Assembly: GCA_951406725.2 (NCBI GenBank)
Contig: OX597814.1
Location: 13,330,001 to 13,394,000, forward strand
Reading direction: 5' to 3'
DNA from: Octopus vulgaris
Lineage: Eukaryota
Length of the DNA stretch: 64,000 bases
Made by a program: the position numbers and the translations under genes. Shown here in pieces: positions 1-11,297 of the stretch. The notes under the pieces are model-generated. The model did no database searches. It was given only the letters and a program-made list of their open reading frames with translations, and was not told the origin of the DNA. Numbering within the stretch: position 1 is the first letter of the stretch; each line of letters begins with the position of its first letter.

Positions 1-224
1 TTTTGATAGGTGTGATAGAATTATGTTTTGCAATGTACGTACTTACATATTACGAATTTCTTTTTGTTTTTGTTTTCGTAAATGAAACTCTCAATTCTAT
101 TTGTAGGAATAAGTATAATCACGTAGCATTTACGGATACAAGTTTATGAAAATTGTGTTAAATAATTTTAAAGAAATTATCTATAGATACACAAGTATTG
201 ATACATGATTCACTGTGTACATGC

Positions 225-262
<38 letters not shown>

Positions 263-264
<2 letters not shown>

Positions 265-458
265 TTATTTTATAGAAGGAGCTTCTACAGGACTAGAACT
301 GTTTCATTCAAAAGAAATCATCAGGAAGCTAGGTGACAAGAATAGTTTTGGCATTTATAGTGTATAAATGCCAAAACTATTCTTGTCACCTAGCTTCCTG
401 ATCATTTCTTTGAATGAAACAGTTCTAGTCCTGTAGAAGCTCCTCCTATAAAATAAAT
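263..458. repeat. Near-perfect fold-back (about 97-bp arms, 3-nt loop) with a hammerhead-like CTGATGA...GAAAC motif in each arm; probable inverted PLE pseudo-LTR
   Basis: 263-359 is the reverse complement of 363-458 with about 3 differences. The left arm read on the minus strand gives CCTGATGATTTCTTTTGAATGAAACAGTTC. Preceded by (TA)n. Confidence 0.85.
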
Positions 459-533
459 TAATTTACTCTGCTATGTATTGAGTACCTTATTTACTGTGGT
501 TAACCCCGACTCAACCCGGGACCTACATATATA

Positions 534-624
534 TATAACCAAGAAAAAAAGCAACAAGAATGGATTAGTAGTTAACAATTGTACTAAACTACTAATCCAT
601 TCTTGTTGCTTTTTTCTTGGTTAT
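534..624. repeat. Inverted repeat, about 40-bp arms, 13-nt spacer
   Basis: TATAACCAAGAAAAAAAGCAACAAGAATGGATTAGTAGTT ... AACTACTAATCCATTCTTGTTGCTTTTTTCTTGGTTATA. Confidence 0.85.
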
Positions 625-730
625 AATCACCCCACATTATTTTATGGTTAATACCATAAAGAATTGTGGTGCATCTAAGTTAAGTACCAAATTCATTTGA
701 ATTCATTGGAATTCACTTTAATCTTAATTG

Positions 731-789
<59 letters not shown>

Positions 790-807
790 TGTGTTTATAT
801 ATGGCTT

Positions 808-858
<51 letters not shown>

Positions 859-1084
859 ATGTGTGTGAGTATAAAGAAATTATGTGAAAGTAACTTATTC
901 TTATATATCTAAACCAACTGTGTGTATACGTGTATTTTACACGTGCATATAACTGTGTATGTTTACATACATGCATATATTGTTACTTATATGTATATAT
1001 TATCATTTTGAAATGTATATTTTCAATGCGTACACGTGTATATGAGTGTATATCTGCATGTATATGTTTATATATATTTACAAA

Positions 1085-1250
1085 TAGGGAGAGTTTACGA
1101 AAAAAACTAAAGATGAAGACAGGTGGTGTACAAAACAAACAGATGTATTAGTATAACGCTCAGGGATAGAAAAAAGTATTTTACGTTTCGAGCCTACGCT
1201 CTTCTATAGAAAGGGACACAGAAAACAAGAGAAAAATGTGTGTAGTGGCT
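1085..1250 (-). mobile_element. Short TA-embedded repeat with a degenerate minimal hammerhead-like motif (same family as 11780-11940); probable PLE terminal remnant
   Basis: The minus strand reads CTTTCTATAGAAGAGCGTAGGCTCGAAACGTA...CCTGAGCG...TACTAATACA...CACCTG, colinear with 11780-11940. Confidence 0.65.
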
Positions 1251-2122
1251 ATATATGTATATATATATATGTATATATATGTATGCATATATATATATAA
1301 TTAATTTGTTCAAAAGAGAAATAAATTATTTTCGAATTCTTTTCTTTTATGAGGTTTTCACGCTAACTACCCGATAATCTCTTGTTAAGATCCCTTATTA
1401 AGAGGTTATCCTTAATTGTTAAACTATATATATATATATATATATATACATATATGTATATACTTATAGATGTATATACGTATGGGTGTATGTATATGAT
1501 GTACACTGTGTATGAATAATAATTTTATACTCCTTTTTCACTATGATTATTGCATACTCTATCTATTTTTCATATTAATTCATTTAAGTTCTGAAACAAA
1601 TTAGTAAAATAATCACTGATTTATACACTCATTTATTTGATGCTGCTTTTACTATAACCAACTATCTACTATTTATTTTTAAACCAATTCTTACCATTAT
1701 ACAACATATTACCTCCTTGTCAATTTTATACCCATATTAGTAATTAATTGCGATTTAGTCTGTTATGATATTTTGGAAGAATAACATGTTAATAACCTAA
1801 TTATAAGTCTTTTTTTACTTCTTTTACTCCTATGGCAAGATTTCACCCCGCCCCCAATATTTTAATTACTGGAACTTAATTCATTTGGGCAATATCAAAA
1901 CAGCTGTAAGCGAACATGTATTTTTGCATTTAATACATTTTATTAACGCTACTTCCCCATCTTCTGAATTTTAATTTGAATATTTGCAAACAAAGTTTTA
2001 TACTTAAACATATTTACATTAGGAGTATTACTATTCACACTAAAATACTGAGGACGAAACAAACCAGTAATTTATTGGCTATGTTCTATCCCTCACGGTG
2101 GTCATTTTAACCCCTGTTTAAA

Positions 2123-2166
<44 letters not shown>

Positions 2167-2167
<1 letters not shown>

Positions 2168-4201
2168 TATCTGACATACCCGGTAATTCCCGGAAAAACC
2201 GGGGTTTATCCCTTGGTTCACTTGTCATAATTGTTTCGCAAATCCGTTAACAACATTACATAATATGTAGTTTTTAAAACGTTTTTTTTTGCATTTACAG
2301 GGAATACCTAACTGTCTTACATAGGATCTTGTTTTCAGGAAATCTTGATAAGTTATTGTGAATTGAGTTACGTAATAACAAGAAATTAGCTACCCGATAG
2401 TAAGAATTCATAGAAAGTAGCCCCGAAAAAGGCTTTAATGCGTTCCCAGAGTATATAGAACTTGGGAGGAAATACCAATAAGGTATGTATACTCAAATCC
2501 CGAAGTAGTTTACGTAATAACAGACTAATCAGATATGAGATAATAACAATTCAATGTAAATAACTCTGAAAGGGGCATTTGTGGGTTCCCTGAGAATATT
2601 ACCCCAGGGGCGCTAGTGTCGAAATATATTTACAATGAATGTAGAGACAGACTAACACTTCGTTTTACAGTAGACATACAAATAAATTTTCAAATAGATA
2701 TCAAAATAAAATAACAATTAGATTATCAATACATTTACAACTCTTACGGAAGCATCAGCACAGCTATCAATATGAATTAAGAAACTGTTCCTACATGCAA
2801 ACAGCTTCTGAATAATATGAATACAGTGCAGATTGCAATGTTATTGACAGATAAATGACGAATTGCCTGTTTGTGTGGTTGGCTATTACATAGAGTATAT
2901 TGTTACAAAACATTAACATATCTATCAATATAAATTAAGAGGGTGTTGTTACATGTAAACACGGTGTGACATTTCTGATGACAGTGCATTTGTCTAAAAG
3001 CAGAACAGTTCTTCGTGAAGCGCTTTTCAATTGGCTGATGTGATATGAGAGGTATCGCCATTCTTGGTATATTCGTGAATAAGTCACTAACAGAAATAAG
3101 TGGATCTATTTTTGAACGCTTTTACCCTAGTTTTCGTGCGTGCATAGTTCGAAAACTCAGATTTGATCTTTTTTGAACAAGTGTTCCTACATGTAAACAA
3201 TGTATGACCTTTATGACAGTGCAGATGACCTTTGGGCTGAAATGAAAAAATAAGGGATTTTAAATGGATTATTTCCCATTGGTCTTTAAATAATGGTAAA
3301 GTGTACATGCTAAGAAAACATCAACTCATCTATTGATATGAATTAAGCATATGTTCCTACATGTAAACAGCGTGTGATCTGCAAGGATAAAGTGCAGACT
3401 GCAATGTTATTGATAGAGAAATGGCGATTTCTGTCTGCTTGTGTGGTTGGTTGCTACATAGACTACGTCGTTACTAAACATAAACACATCTATCAATATA
3501 AATTAAGATATTCCTACATGTAAACAGGGTGTGACATTTGTGATGTTAATGCATTTGTCTAAAAGCATAACAGTTCTTTATGCAGCGATTGTCAATTGGC
3601 TGAACTGACATGAAACGCATCGTCATTCATGGTATATTCGTGAATAAATCACTAACCGAAATAAGTGGATTTATTGTTTAGGAAAATACTATTTACTTCT
3701 TTCAGGTTTGTACTGGGTAAATTGGGAAAATAACTCTAACAGTTCAAATACTAAGAAATAAACATACACATCTTGATTGATATCATATTAAATCGCGGAC
3801 CTTGTCAGATAATTTATTGTAAGAAAGTCCACGTAATGTAGAATGCTAGTTTAATAAATCGAGAAGTATTTATATTACATTTTTCATACTATACATTTAT
3901 ATATTCATATTATATATTATGCATATTACCCATTTATTATATATAGTAAAATGAATGGGTCATTTCCCTTGGCTACGAAAATGAATGGATTATTTCACTT
4001 GGAAGATAACGGTTATATGTGTGCATCACTTCTAGGATCCCTAGCCATCCATCATAGATTTTTCTTATTCATCAATGAGCCTAGTAAAACAATGGATGTA
4101 ACTTTAGCATATTCGCAAGGTTTCACGAACGTTCGTTAACAGGTTAGACGTTAACTTGACACAAGCAGAAAAAAACAGACAACTTGCTTTTATATATGTA
4201 T

Positions 4202-4203
<2 letters not shown>
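2167..4203 (-). mobile_element. Non-autonomous Helitron-like element, copy 1, with internal tandem repeats
   Basis: The minus strand begins A|TCATACATATATAAAAGCAAGTTGTCTG and ends with a CCCGG...CCGGG hairpin then CAGATAG|T (decayed CTAG). Homologous to 29611-31004. An internal unit containing TTCCTACATGTAAACA or a variant recurs at about 2788, 2946, 3184, 3354 and 3511. Confidence 0.8.
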
Positions 4204-4272
<69 letters not shown>

Positions 4273-4280
4273 TATATATA

Positions 4281-5118
4281 TTTAACAGGGTGTCTAAAAA
4301 GTTACTGAGGCGGTGGGTTTCGCATGCGGGACCTGCTATTATGGGTCTCAATTTGAGGTCATTAGGATTAGGGACTTTAATTATTTTGTCTGTAGCTATC
4401 TTGCATGCGTTGCTTATATTTTTTCACTTTTGTGGATCTTAGGTATACCGTAGAATTGGCTAGTTTTACTTGTGAAATTGGTCATATAATCATATTCTTT
4501 GTCGGTGAGCCCGGCTTTGTATGGGTTTAATATGGATTTTAGTTCCCTCATTATTTTTTGTTGACTGTAGTTTTGTGCCTTTTCATAGTATGTTGTGTCT
4601 TCCAGCATAGAAAGTACCAAAGTTATGTAAAATGTCGTATCCATTAAGACAACAGCACTCCCTTTATCGGCCTCTTTGATTGTTATTGTTTGATCTTGTT
4701 TTAATTTGTTCACCTCAGCCCATTCTTTTTTGCTGAAGTTTGGTTTGTGTTTTTGTTTGTGCATATATTGATATGGGTAATTAGATATGTGGTCACAGAA
4801 ATCATCAAGTGTTTTGTTCTTACCTTTCGAGGGGGTGTAGTTACTCCTATTTCTGGCTAACGATTCGTCCTCGTTGTATTTATCGTATAGCTCCTCAGTA
4901 AGTCTTAATTTTCTGCAGAATTCTGCGATGTCTTCTTTCATTTCGTTGTAGTTGGGGTGTTGTGGGGTGGGTGTAAACTTGAGTCCTTTGGAAAGTATGT
5001 TTATTTGGTTTGCTGTTAGTTCCTTGTGAGTTAGATTGATAATTTTTATTACTTTTGGTTCCTCCTGCTTGTTTGGTGCTATCTTGTGTCTCTGTGTTTG
5101 CGTATTGGGTCTAAAAAA
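4281..5118 (-). pseudogene. PLE RT ORF N-terminal half, 3'-truncated, with one frameshift near 4415
   Basis: Reads KIINLTHKELTANQINILSKGLKFTPTP...IKEADKGSAVV...FYGIPKIHK, then after a frameshift LKLRPIIAGPACETHRLSNFLDTLL, then (TA)n. Confidence 0.9.
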
Positions 5119-6303
5119 TGAATGCGGTGGTTGGGACGGTAGCTATTATATAGTTGTTCTTTGTTGATGTGGGGTCTCCTGTTGTGATTTATGGTGTGTG
5201 TTCTTGGAGCAGTATTGAGGAGAGCATCCCGATATCCCATATTCGGGTGTGGTGTTCTAGGAGGCCTTCGTTGGTAATCATTGTAAGTGGAGTGGGTTTG
5301 TTGTGCATGGTTGTTTAACCGGTTTATGGGGCGGAGATTTCGTTGGTAACTCTTTTGGGTGGGGATAAGGTTGCAGTGTCTATGCTGTGGGTGTTGATTT
5401 ATCCTTTCTCTACTTGAAGTGGGGGTATTCCTGATTTTGTAACGCTGGCTGCTTACAGAGTTAGGGTTAGGTCCTGTATTCTTTTTTTGAAAGTAGTGAA
5501 GGTTCCGATTTTTAGACAGGTGTGTATCGGTGTTTGGGTGTTGTTTTGGTTTTCTTATTTTCTGGAAAGGTGTGCTCTGTTTGAAAGACGGCTTCATAGT
5601 CTGAGAACCAAATGGCGTTTTTCTCCCAGCGTTGGAGAGATTTTAGTTCTTCTTTTTCACAGTCCTCTTTCCATAGTTTGGAGAACTTCTCTTGATCTGG
5701 GCCTTGGGTCATTTTGCGAATTTCTTCGTTGATATCTTCATCGGTGGATTTTATTTTATCCTCATTCGTTTGGGCCCTCAATTTCAGAAGTTCTATTTCC
5801 ATTTTCATTTTTTCCAGTGCCATTCTCTCCCTGAGGTGTCTTTGTGTTTCAGGTTCCTCTGTAATAGCTTTGAACTGGAATTTTCGTGGGAGGATTAACG
5901 GGGTCCGGTTGAGCCATTTTTCGTATATATCCGCTTTGTTGTTGTTTTGGATCATCTTCCAAAAGGCGAACTTTCTATCTCTGAGTGATTTGTTCCATTG
6001 TGGTATTATGTGTTGTTTCATTTGGTATGTTGTTAGAGTATTGATCCCATATATTGACGCGTTTGGAGGTCCTTGGTTAGCGTTGTTAGAGAAAAATGTT
6101 CTAATTGTTTCGCATAAGTTTCCAAGGTTTTCGACAATTTCGGAGGTTGTATTTTTCGTATCTGTTTCCTCATTGTTCTCTCGATTGGGTTGGTGTGTCG
6201 AGTCGAATTTGTTCAAAAATGTTGACAAATTTGTGTTGATTTTCTTGAGTTCTTTCAGTATTTCTTCATTTATGGAGGCGATTGTGTCTGTTTTTGTCGG
6301 CAT
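5079..6303 (-). pseudogene. PLE ORF1: coiled-coil region followed by an N/Q/R/H/P-rich disordered tail, with one internal frameshift at about 5512-5597
   Basis: Track ORFs 5512-6354 (first ATG at 6303, MPTKT; heptad-like EEPETQRHLRERMALEKMKMEIELLKLRAQTNEDKIK) and 5079-5597 overlap and lie directly upstream of the RT frame. Confidence 0.7.
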
Positions 6304-6423
6304 TTTCTGTATCTCGTGTGGGTTAATGATATGTATAAGGGTGGAAAGGAACACACGAGTTGATATATATGAAAAAACAAGTCAAAAATAGAAAGTGCTA
6401 AGATAATTTTATAGTGAATCTTT

Positions 6424-6461
6424 CAGTACCGGATTCGGTCATTTTGAGACCTTTTCAACTG
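6424..6461 (-). ncRNA. Variant minimal type I hammerhead-like motif in the PLE pLTR
   Basis: cag-TTGAAAA-ggtc-tcaaaat-gacc-GAAT-CCGG-TA-ctg: helix I cag/ctg, helix II ggtc/gacc, palindromic stem III, GUA triplet. The core deviates from CUGANGA/GAAA. Confidence 0.6.
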
Positions 6462-7079
6462 TAACGATTAAATAATTAAATTTAGAAAATTTAGAAGAAA
6501 AGTTTTTTTAAAAGAATATTTCTGTAGTAGTGTTCAGATATAAGTAGCATTCTGCCTTTCTCTGACTCCCTTGTTTGCACTTGTGTGTTCGAGGTCGTTT
6601 TGAGTTCTTGGTAGGATAGGTGAAGAATAAGGAGGCTGATGTGGAGAGGGGGTGGGGAAATCTGGGAATGCCTTCATGGTCGTATTTTGAATGGTCAGTG
6701 GCTGACAGTAGTCGCAGTTCAATTCAGGAATTGTTTATGGAATTTGCGTAGGCGTTATACTGAAAGACATTAGTGACAAGGTTAAGGGGTGGAAGGTGGA
6801 GAAGTAGAAGAAGAAGAAGATGACGATGTTGATGATGATGATGATGAAGAAGAAGGAGAAGTAGAAGATGGTGGTGATGATGGTGGTGATGATGATGACG
6901 ACGATGATGATGATAATGATGATGATGAAGAAGAAGAGGAAGAAGAAGAAGAAAAAAACAGAGAAGGGAGAATATGAATGGGTGAAAGTATAGCTGTGAT
7001 GGGGCTGATTAGTAATGGATTCTATGGAGTGTAATATTTGTGTGTGTATATATTTCTTTTATTCTAAAGTTGAGGTATA

Positions 7080-8416
7080 TTAATTGTTTGTCGTAGACCC
7101 GTTAAGAAGTGGCTTGTATTTTGTAATAAAGAGATTTTCTTTACTTATTCGTTGTCTCGAGGTTGTATCGTCCCTAAATTGGTAGAGGGGGAAAATCCTG
7201 ATGTTTAGTGTTTTTTTGTTGGCGCAAGTATCTATGTGTTGGCTAAAAGCTATTTTTCTGTTTTGGGGAATTTTTATCTGGGATCTGTGCAGGGCCATTC
7301 GTTTACGCAAACCATTTTTTGTTTGGCCTATGTACTGCTCTTGACACCCGGAGCAGGTTAGTGAGTATATTAGGTTCTCCGAAGCACATGTGAAGTTGCT
7401 TTTCACTGTAAACCATTGTCCCTGTTTGAAGGAGAACTCTGATCCCTCAATTAGATAGTCGCATATCCTGCAATTGGGTCTTCCATATTTTTTTACTGTC
7501 GGCTTCTGTGTTGAAGAGTGAATTCGGGCTTGTGTTAGGAGACTTTTCATGGATCTAGGCTGTCTTTTGCTTTTTATGATCGTGTGTGTTTGGAGGATTG
7601 TGTTCATTCTGTGGTCTTTTTTTAGGAGGGGTATGTTGTGGAGGATGGTGTCGAAGGCTTCGTTATTGAGAGGGTTGTGTGTGGAGATGTATGGTAAGGC
7701 TTTTGGTTGTAAGTTTTTCTTTGATTTGGGATGTCTCAGTTCCTTGATGTTAAGTTGAAGGGCACGTTGAATGCACTTGTCAATAAGTGAAGGTGGATAG
7801 TTCCTGGTGATAAGGGTATCTTTTAGTTCTTGTAGTCGTGCGTCTCTGGTGTTTGCGTTAGAGACTATAGTGCATATCCTTTTTGCTAGATTGAAGGGGA
7901 TATTCATCCTAGTGTGTCTGGGGTGGCATGAATTGAATGGAAAATATTGCTTAGAGTCTGTAGGCTTATAGTATATATCTGTTTCTATTATATTATTAGC
8001 TTTCTTAATGAGGATATCGAGGAAGGGGAGTTGTTGCTGGCTATATTCCATCGTGCATTGGATGTTTACGTCCAGTCCGTTTAAAATTTCCTGGAATTCT
8101 ATGAGTGTTTCTATATTTTTATGCCAAAGGATGAAACAGTCATCTAGATATCTCTTCCAGTTGTTTTCTATGTAGATGGAGAAAGGGCTGCCATATCTTT
8201 CTAGAACCTTACGATACAGACTGATCTCTAGGTATCCTATGACTAGGTTGGCAAAGGAGGGGGCCATTCGTGTACCCATCGCAGTCCCCGATTTTTGTCG
8301 GTAGAAGTTGTCATTGAAGGCGAAGAAGTTATTTTCCAGGATGAATTTAACCCCTCCAATCACAAATTCTTTTTTGATGCAGTGTGGTAGTTCGTTGGCG
8401 TGATTCTCTAGCCAGA

Positions 8417-8420
<4 letters not shown>
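7080..8420 (-). pseudogene. 5'-truncated PLE reverse transcriptase (C-terminal half), Cys-rich linker and GIY-YIG endonuclease
   Basis: Motifs GTAMGTRMAPSFANL, WKRYLDDCF, LPFLDI, YYKPTD..YFPFNSCHP, CRIC...C, LIYSLTCSGCQEQYIGQT, RMALHR, E..FI..YKPLLN. The first ~57 aa of the 503-aa track ORF are flank and (TA)n read-through. Confidence 0.93.
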
Positions 8421-8502
<82 letters not shown>

Positions 8503-9039
8503 AATATTTGTTGTGCAAGAATGTATATAACCAGAAGATACAATATATTACAGGCATCCCCCACACATATAATATAAACATAGACGCACATAGAGAAATA
8601 CTTTTCATTACCCGCATGCAGTTCGTAAATGAAGACATTTACAATAGAAATAAAATTCCATGGCTTGACGGTTAGTAAGTTGTCTGTTCGACTTCGCTAC
8701 GTAAGTGAGAAGAAATGTGTTCAAAGGACCAGTTCTGATGCGGATCATAAGAGTGTTGACGATGTGAACTCACGGCCGAAATAAGAACTAAATTAATGTA
8801 AAAAATAAATATCACTGAAGCAAAATGATAACACCAAATATATAATGACTTGTCCCTCTTAGTGTGAGGCATTTATGTGTAATAATGCCCTCTATACAAT
8901 ATATATATATATATACATATATATAAGTTTAAACAGAGGTTACAATAACCACCGTAAGGGAAAGAAATATCCAACGAATATACACACACATATATATATG
9001 ACGGTTTCTGTCGTCGTGAACGACAAATGAGGTTATCAG

Positions 9040-9350
9040 TGAAATAAAGTGGTAACAATGTTCTATGGACTAGAATGTGCCTGTTACGGCTTGCTGATGC
9101 CTTGCAAACCTTTTGGCTAATGGAACAAGTTCAGGACTAATGGAACAAGTTCAGGACGAGTGTTTATAGATCATTTACTTCTTGTTTTCTTGAGTGGATG
9201 TCAAGGCTTCCTTTGCTCCGTGCCACAAACCACAATCAAAAGTGGCTCTATTTAAAGGAGCAGCGTTTTGCCAGCATTCGTTCGTGCTTGCACCAAGTTA
9301 AAATTTAAAATATTAGAGAAGCAAAACTGTTGCCAGATCCCGCATTCTGA
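9040..9350 (-). mobile_element. Degraded 3' end of an RTE-type LINE, with a 20-bp tandem duplication
   Basis: The minus strand gives a C-terminal zinc-finger-like KVCKASASRNRHILVH. CTAATGGAACAAGTTCAGGA occurs twice at 9117-9156. Confidence 0.45.
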
Positions 9351-9500
9351 TGTTCCTTATATATACGTATTTATGTATGTATGTATGAGTGTGCACATAC
9401 GTATGTATATATATATATATATATATAAATATATGTATGTATGTAGATATGTCTGTATATATGTATGTGTATATATATATATATATGTGTGTGCGTGCGT

Positions 9501-9556
<56 letters not shown>

Positions 9557-9559
9557 GCA

Positions 9560-9618
<59 letters not shown>

Positions 9619-9720
9619 TGTGTCTATAGCCAGCTGGAGGAGGTGTCCTCCTGGGGCTACAAACTACAGTAGCGTCCACCCTTAGGGGTTAGCCATATTT
9701 AAATGGCAAAATATACGTCA

Positions 9721-9775
<55 letters not shown>

Positions 9776-10149
9776 TATATATTTAATATGGCGGTTAGCT
9801 CACAGGTAATCTAAACGACTAGGTACGTTAGGTAAGTTCTGGAACAGATCACTAATGCTCCAAGTTTATAACCGAGACGGTAGTTATGGAGCGATTGCAG
9901 TTTTCCGATATAGCGGATATATAATTGTTAAAGAGGACAACAAACGTTTACGCAAGGCAAACATCTCACGTCATATATATTATTATTATTGGGAAAAAAT
10001 TCAGTCTTACAGTATATTTAAAATTGAGGAAGTGTAAATTTGCTGCTAAAACATAATTTTGGGAGTAATACTCAACTTAGTGCAATGGGTATATAGTCGC
10101 CGTTTTATATTTTTAATTTCGTGCATGCGCATTTCTTTTTATTTTACAT

Positions 10150-10935
10150 TAGGTCGTCCAGACAGTGTAGCACGGTCAGTTGGGCACCTTCTATGAGAAA
10201 TAAAGCAGAATTAGGCAATTCACTCTGTTAGAATTTTGGAAACTACACGCTGTACTGCTTGGCATTCGAATCGGAATACGAAAACTTCACAGTATTTGGG
10301 TCTCAATTTGAGGACAGTGAATGTTCCGGGAGTGATAAAAATCAAACATACAGTCAACATTATGGTGTTTGGAGTGATCACTAGTGAATGGGATGCTATG
10401 CCTCCATTCAGATTCCCACGCTACCCCAGACTCAACACGGAGGCTTACATCGAGTGCATGGAAGAGGTAGTGCTGCTTTGGGTCAAGAGGATGACTGCTG
10501 GCAGTAGGATTCTGCCGCATGCCACACAATCAGAAAAACCCAAGTGATGACTGTCTGACAATTTCTGAACCTACATCACACCTAACATCTGGTCACCTAC
10601 CTCCTCAGTCTGCAAGCCCCATGGTTATTATGTGTAGGACGCAGTTGATCGTGAGACCAAAAAAACTCCTTGTAACACCAAAGATGAACTGAAAGCAAGT
10701 ATTTGAGCAGCATTCACCAACTGAAACAAGGAGACCATCCAGAATAGTTGCAGGAGATTCCGAAGTCGTCTTGAACACCGTGGTTGAAGCCAATGGCAAT
10801 TTTTGGATTAAATTTACTCTGTAGTATTTTGAAGATTTTTTAATGTAATTTTGGTAAATATATATGTTAAAATGAGATATTAGTATTATTTTCATTTTTG
10901 TGTAATATAGAAGGGAATATAGTCACTGCACCTTA
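10150..10935 (+). mobile_element. Internally deleted IS630-Tc1-mariner (maT/DD37D-like) transposon remnant
   Basis: KHTVNIMVFGVITSE..AMPPF...LNTEAYIECMEEVVL.WVKR, followed by a decayed WPPNSPDCNP region. Ends TCACTGCACC, matching the CAGGGTGCAGTGA terminus at 47493. Confidence 0.8.
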
Positions 10936-11225
10936 TATATGATTTCCTTCATTATTTGAAACATACATTTCATAAATAGAACTTTGTGATGCAAAACTTA
11001 TAGAGTTTTGGTGTAATAACTTTACTACTATGAAACCTGATCCTTGGGGAACAGCAAAGAAAATGAATTTCATAAATTTTCTTAACATTGCCATGCGTTG
11101 AGTAAAAATAATAGAAAATAAACGGAATGAAAATAATAAAAATCTATAAATGATAATATAAATATATTTTGGAAACTTGAAATCTTTTTCTGATCAAATA
11201 TGTACATATTATTTTACATATATTC

Positions 11226-11297
<72 letters not shown>

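Larger units (their letters stand above)
4281..8420 (-). mobile_element. Penelope-like retroelement (Neptune-like), partial-tandem or permuted, flanked by (TA)n on both sides
   Basis: Minus-strand order: RT C-terminal half plus GIY-YIG (8420-7080), 3' UTR/pLTR with hammerhead (about 7080-6400), ORF1 (6303-5079), RT N-terminal half (5118-4281). Confidence 0.93.

Noticed and set aside
2750-3670. Spaced short repeats superficially like a CRISPR array
   Set aside because: The spacers are themselves homologous, the context is eukaryotic and no cas genes are present. This is a Helitron-internal tandem repeat.
5461-5471. TTAGGGTTAGG telomere-like motif inside the PLE
   Set aside because: Fewer than two repeats and lies within ORF1 coding sequence (PNPN).
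5714-6391. 225-aa plus-strand ORF
   Set aside because: Antisense shadow of PLE ORF1, with the expected hydrophobic and Ser bias and no motifs.
8421-8591. N-terminal ~57 aa of the 503-aa ORF giving the RT-EN a start codon
   Set aside because: Chance read-through of flank and (TA)n. The RT lacks its first catalytic Asp motif, so it is not a functional gene.
9268-9685. YIYI, poly-L, poly-S, CVCV and HTHT ORFs here and throughout (e.g. 18481-19012, 50380-50806, 61103-62271, 63375-63704)
   Set aside because: Translations of stop-free microsatellites.
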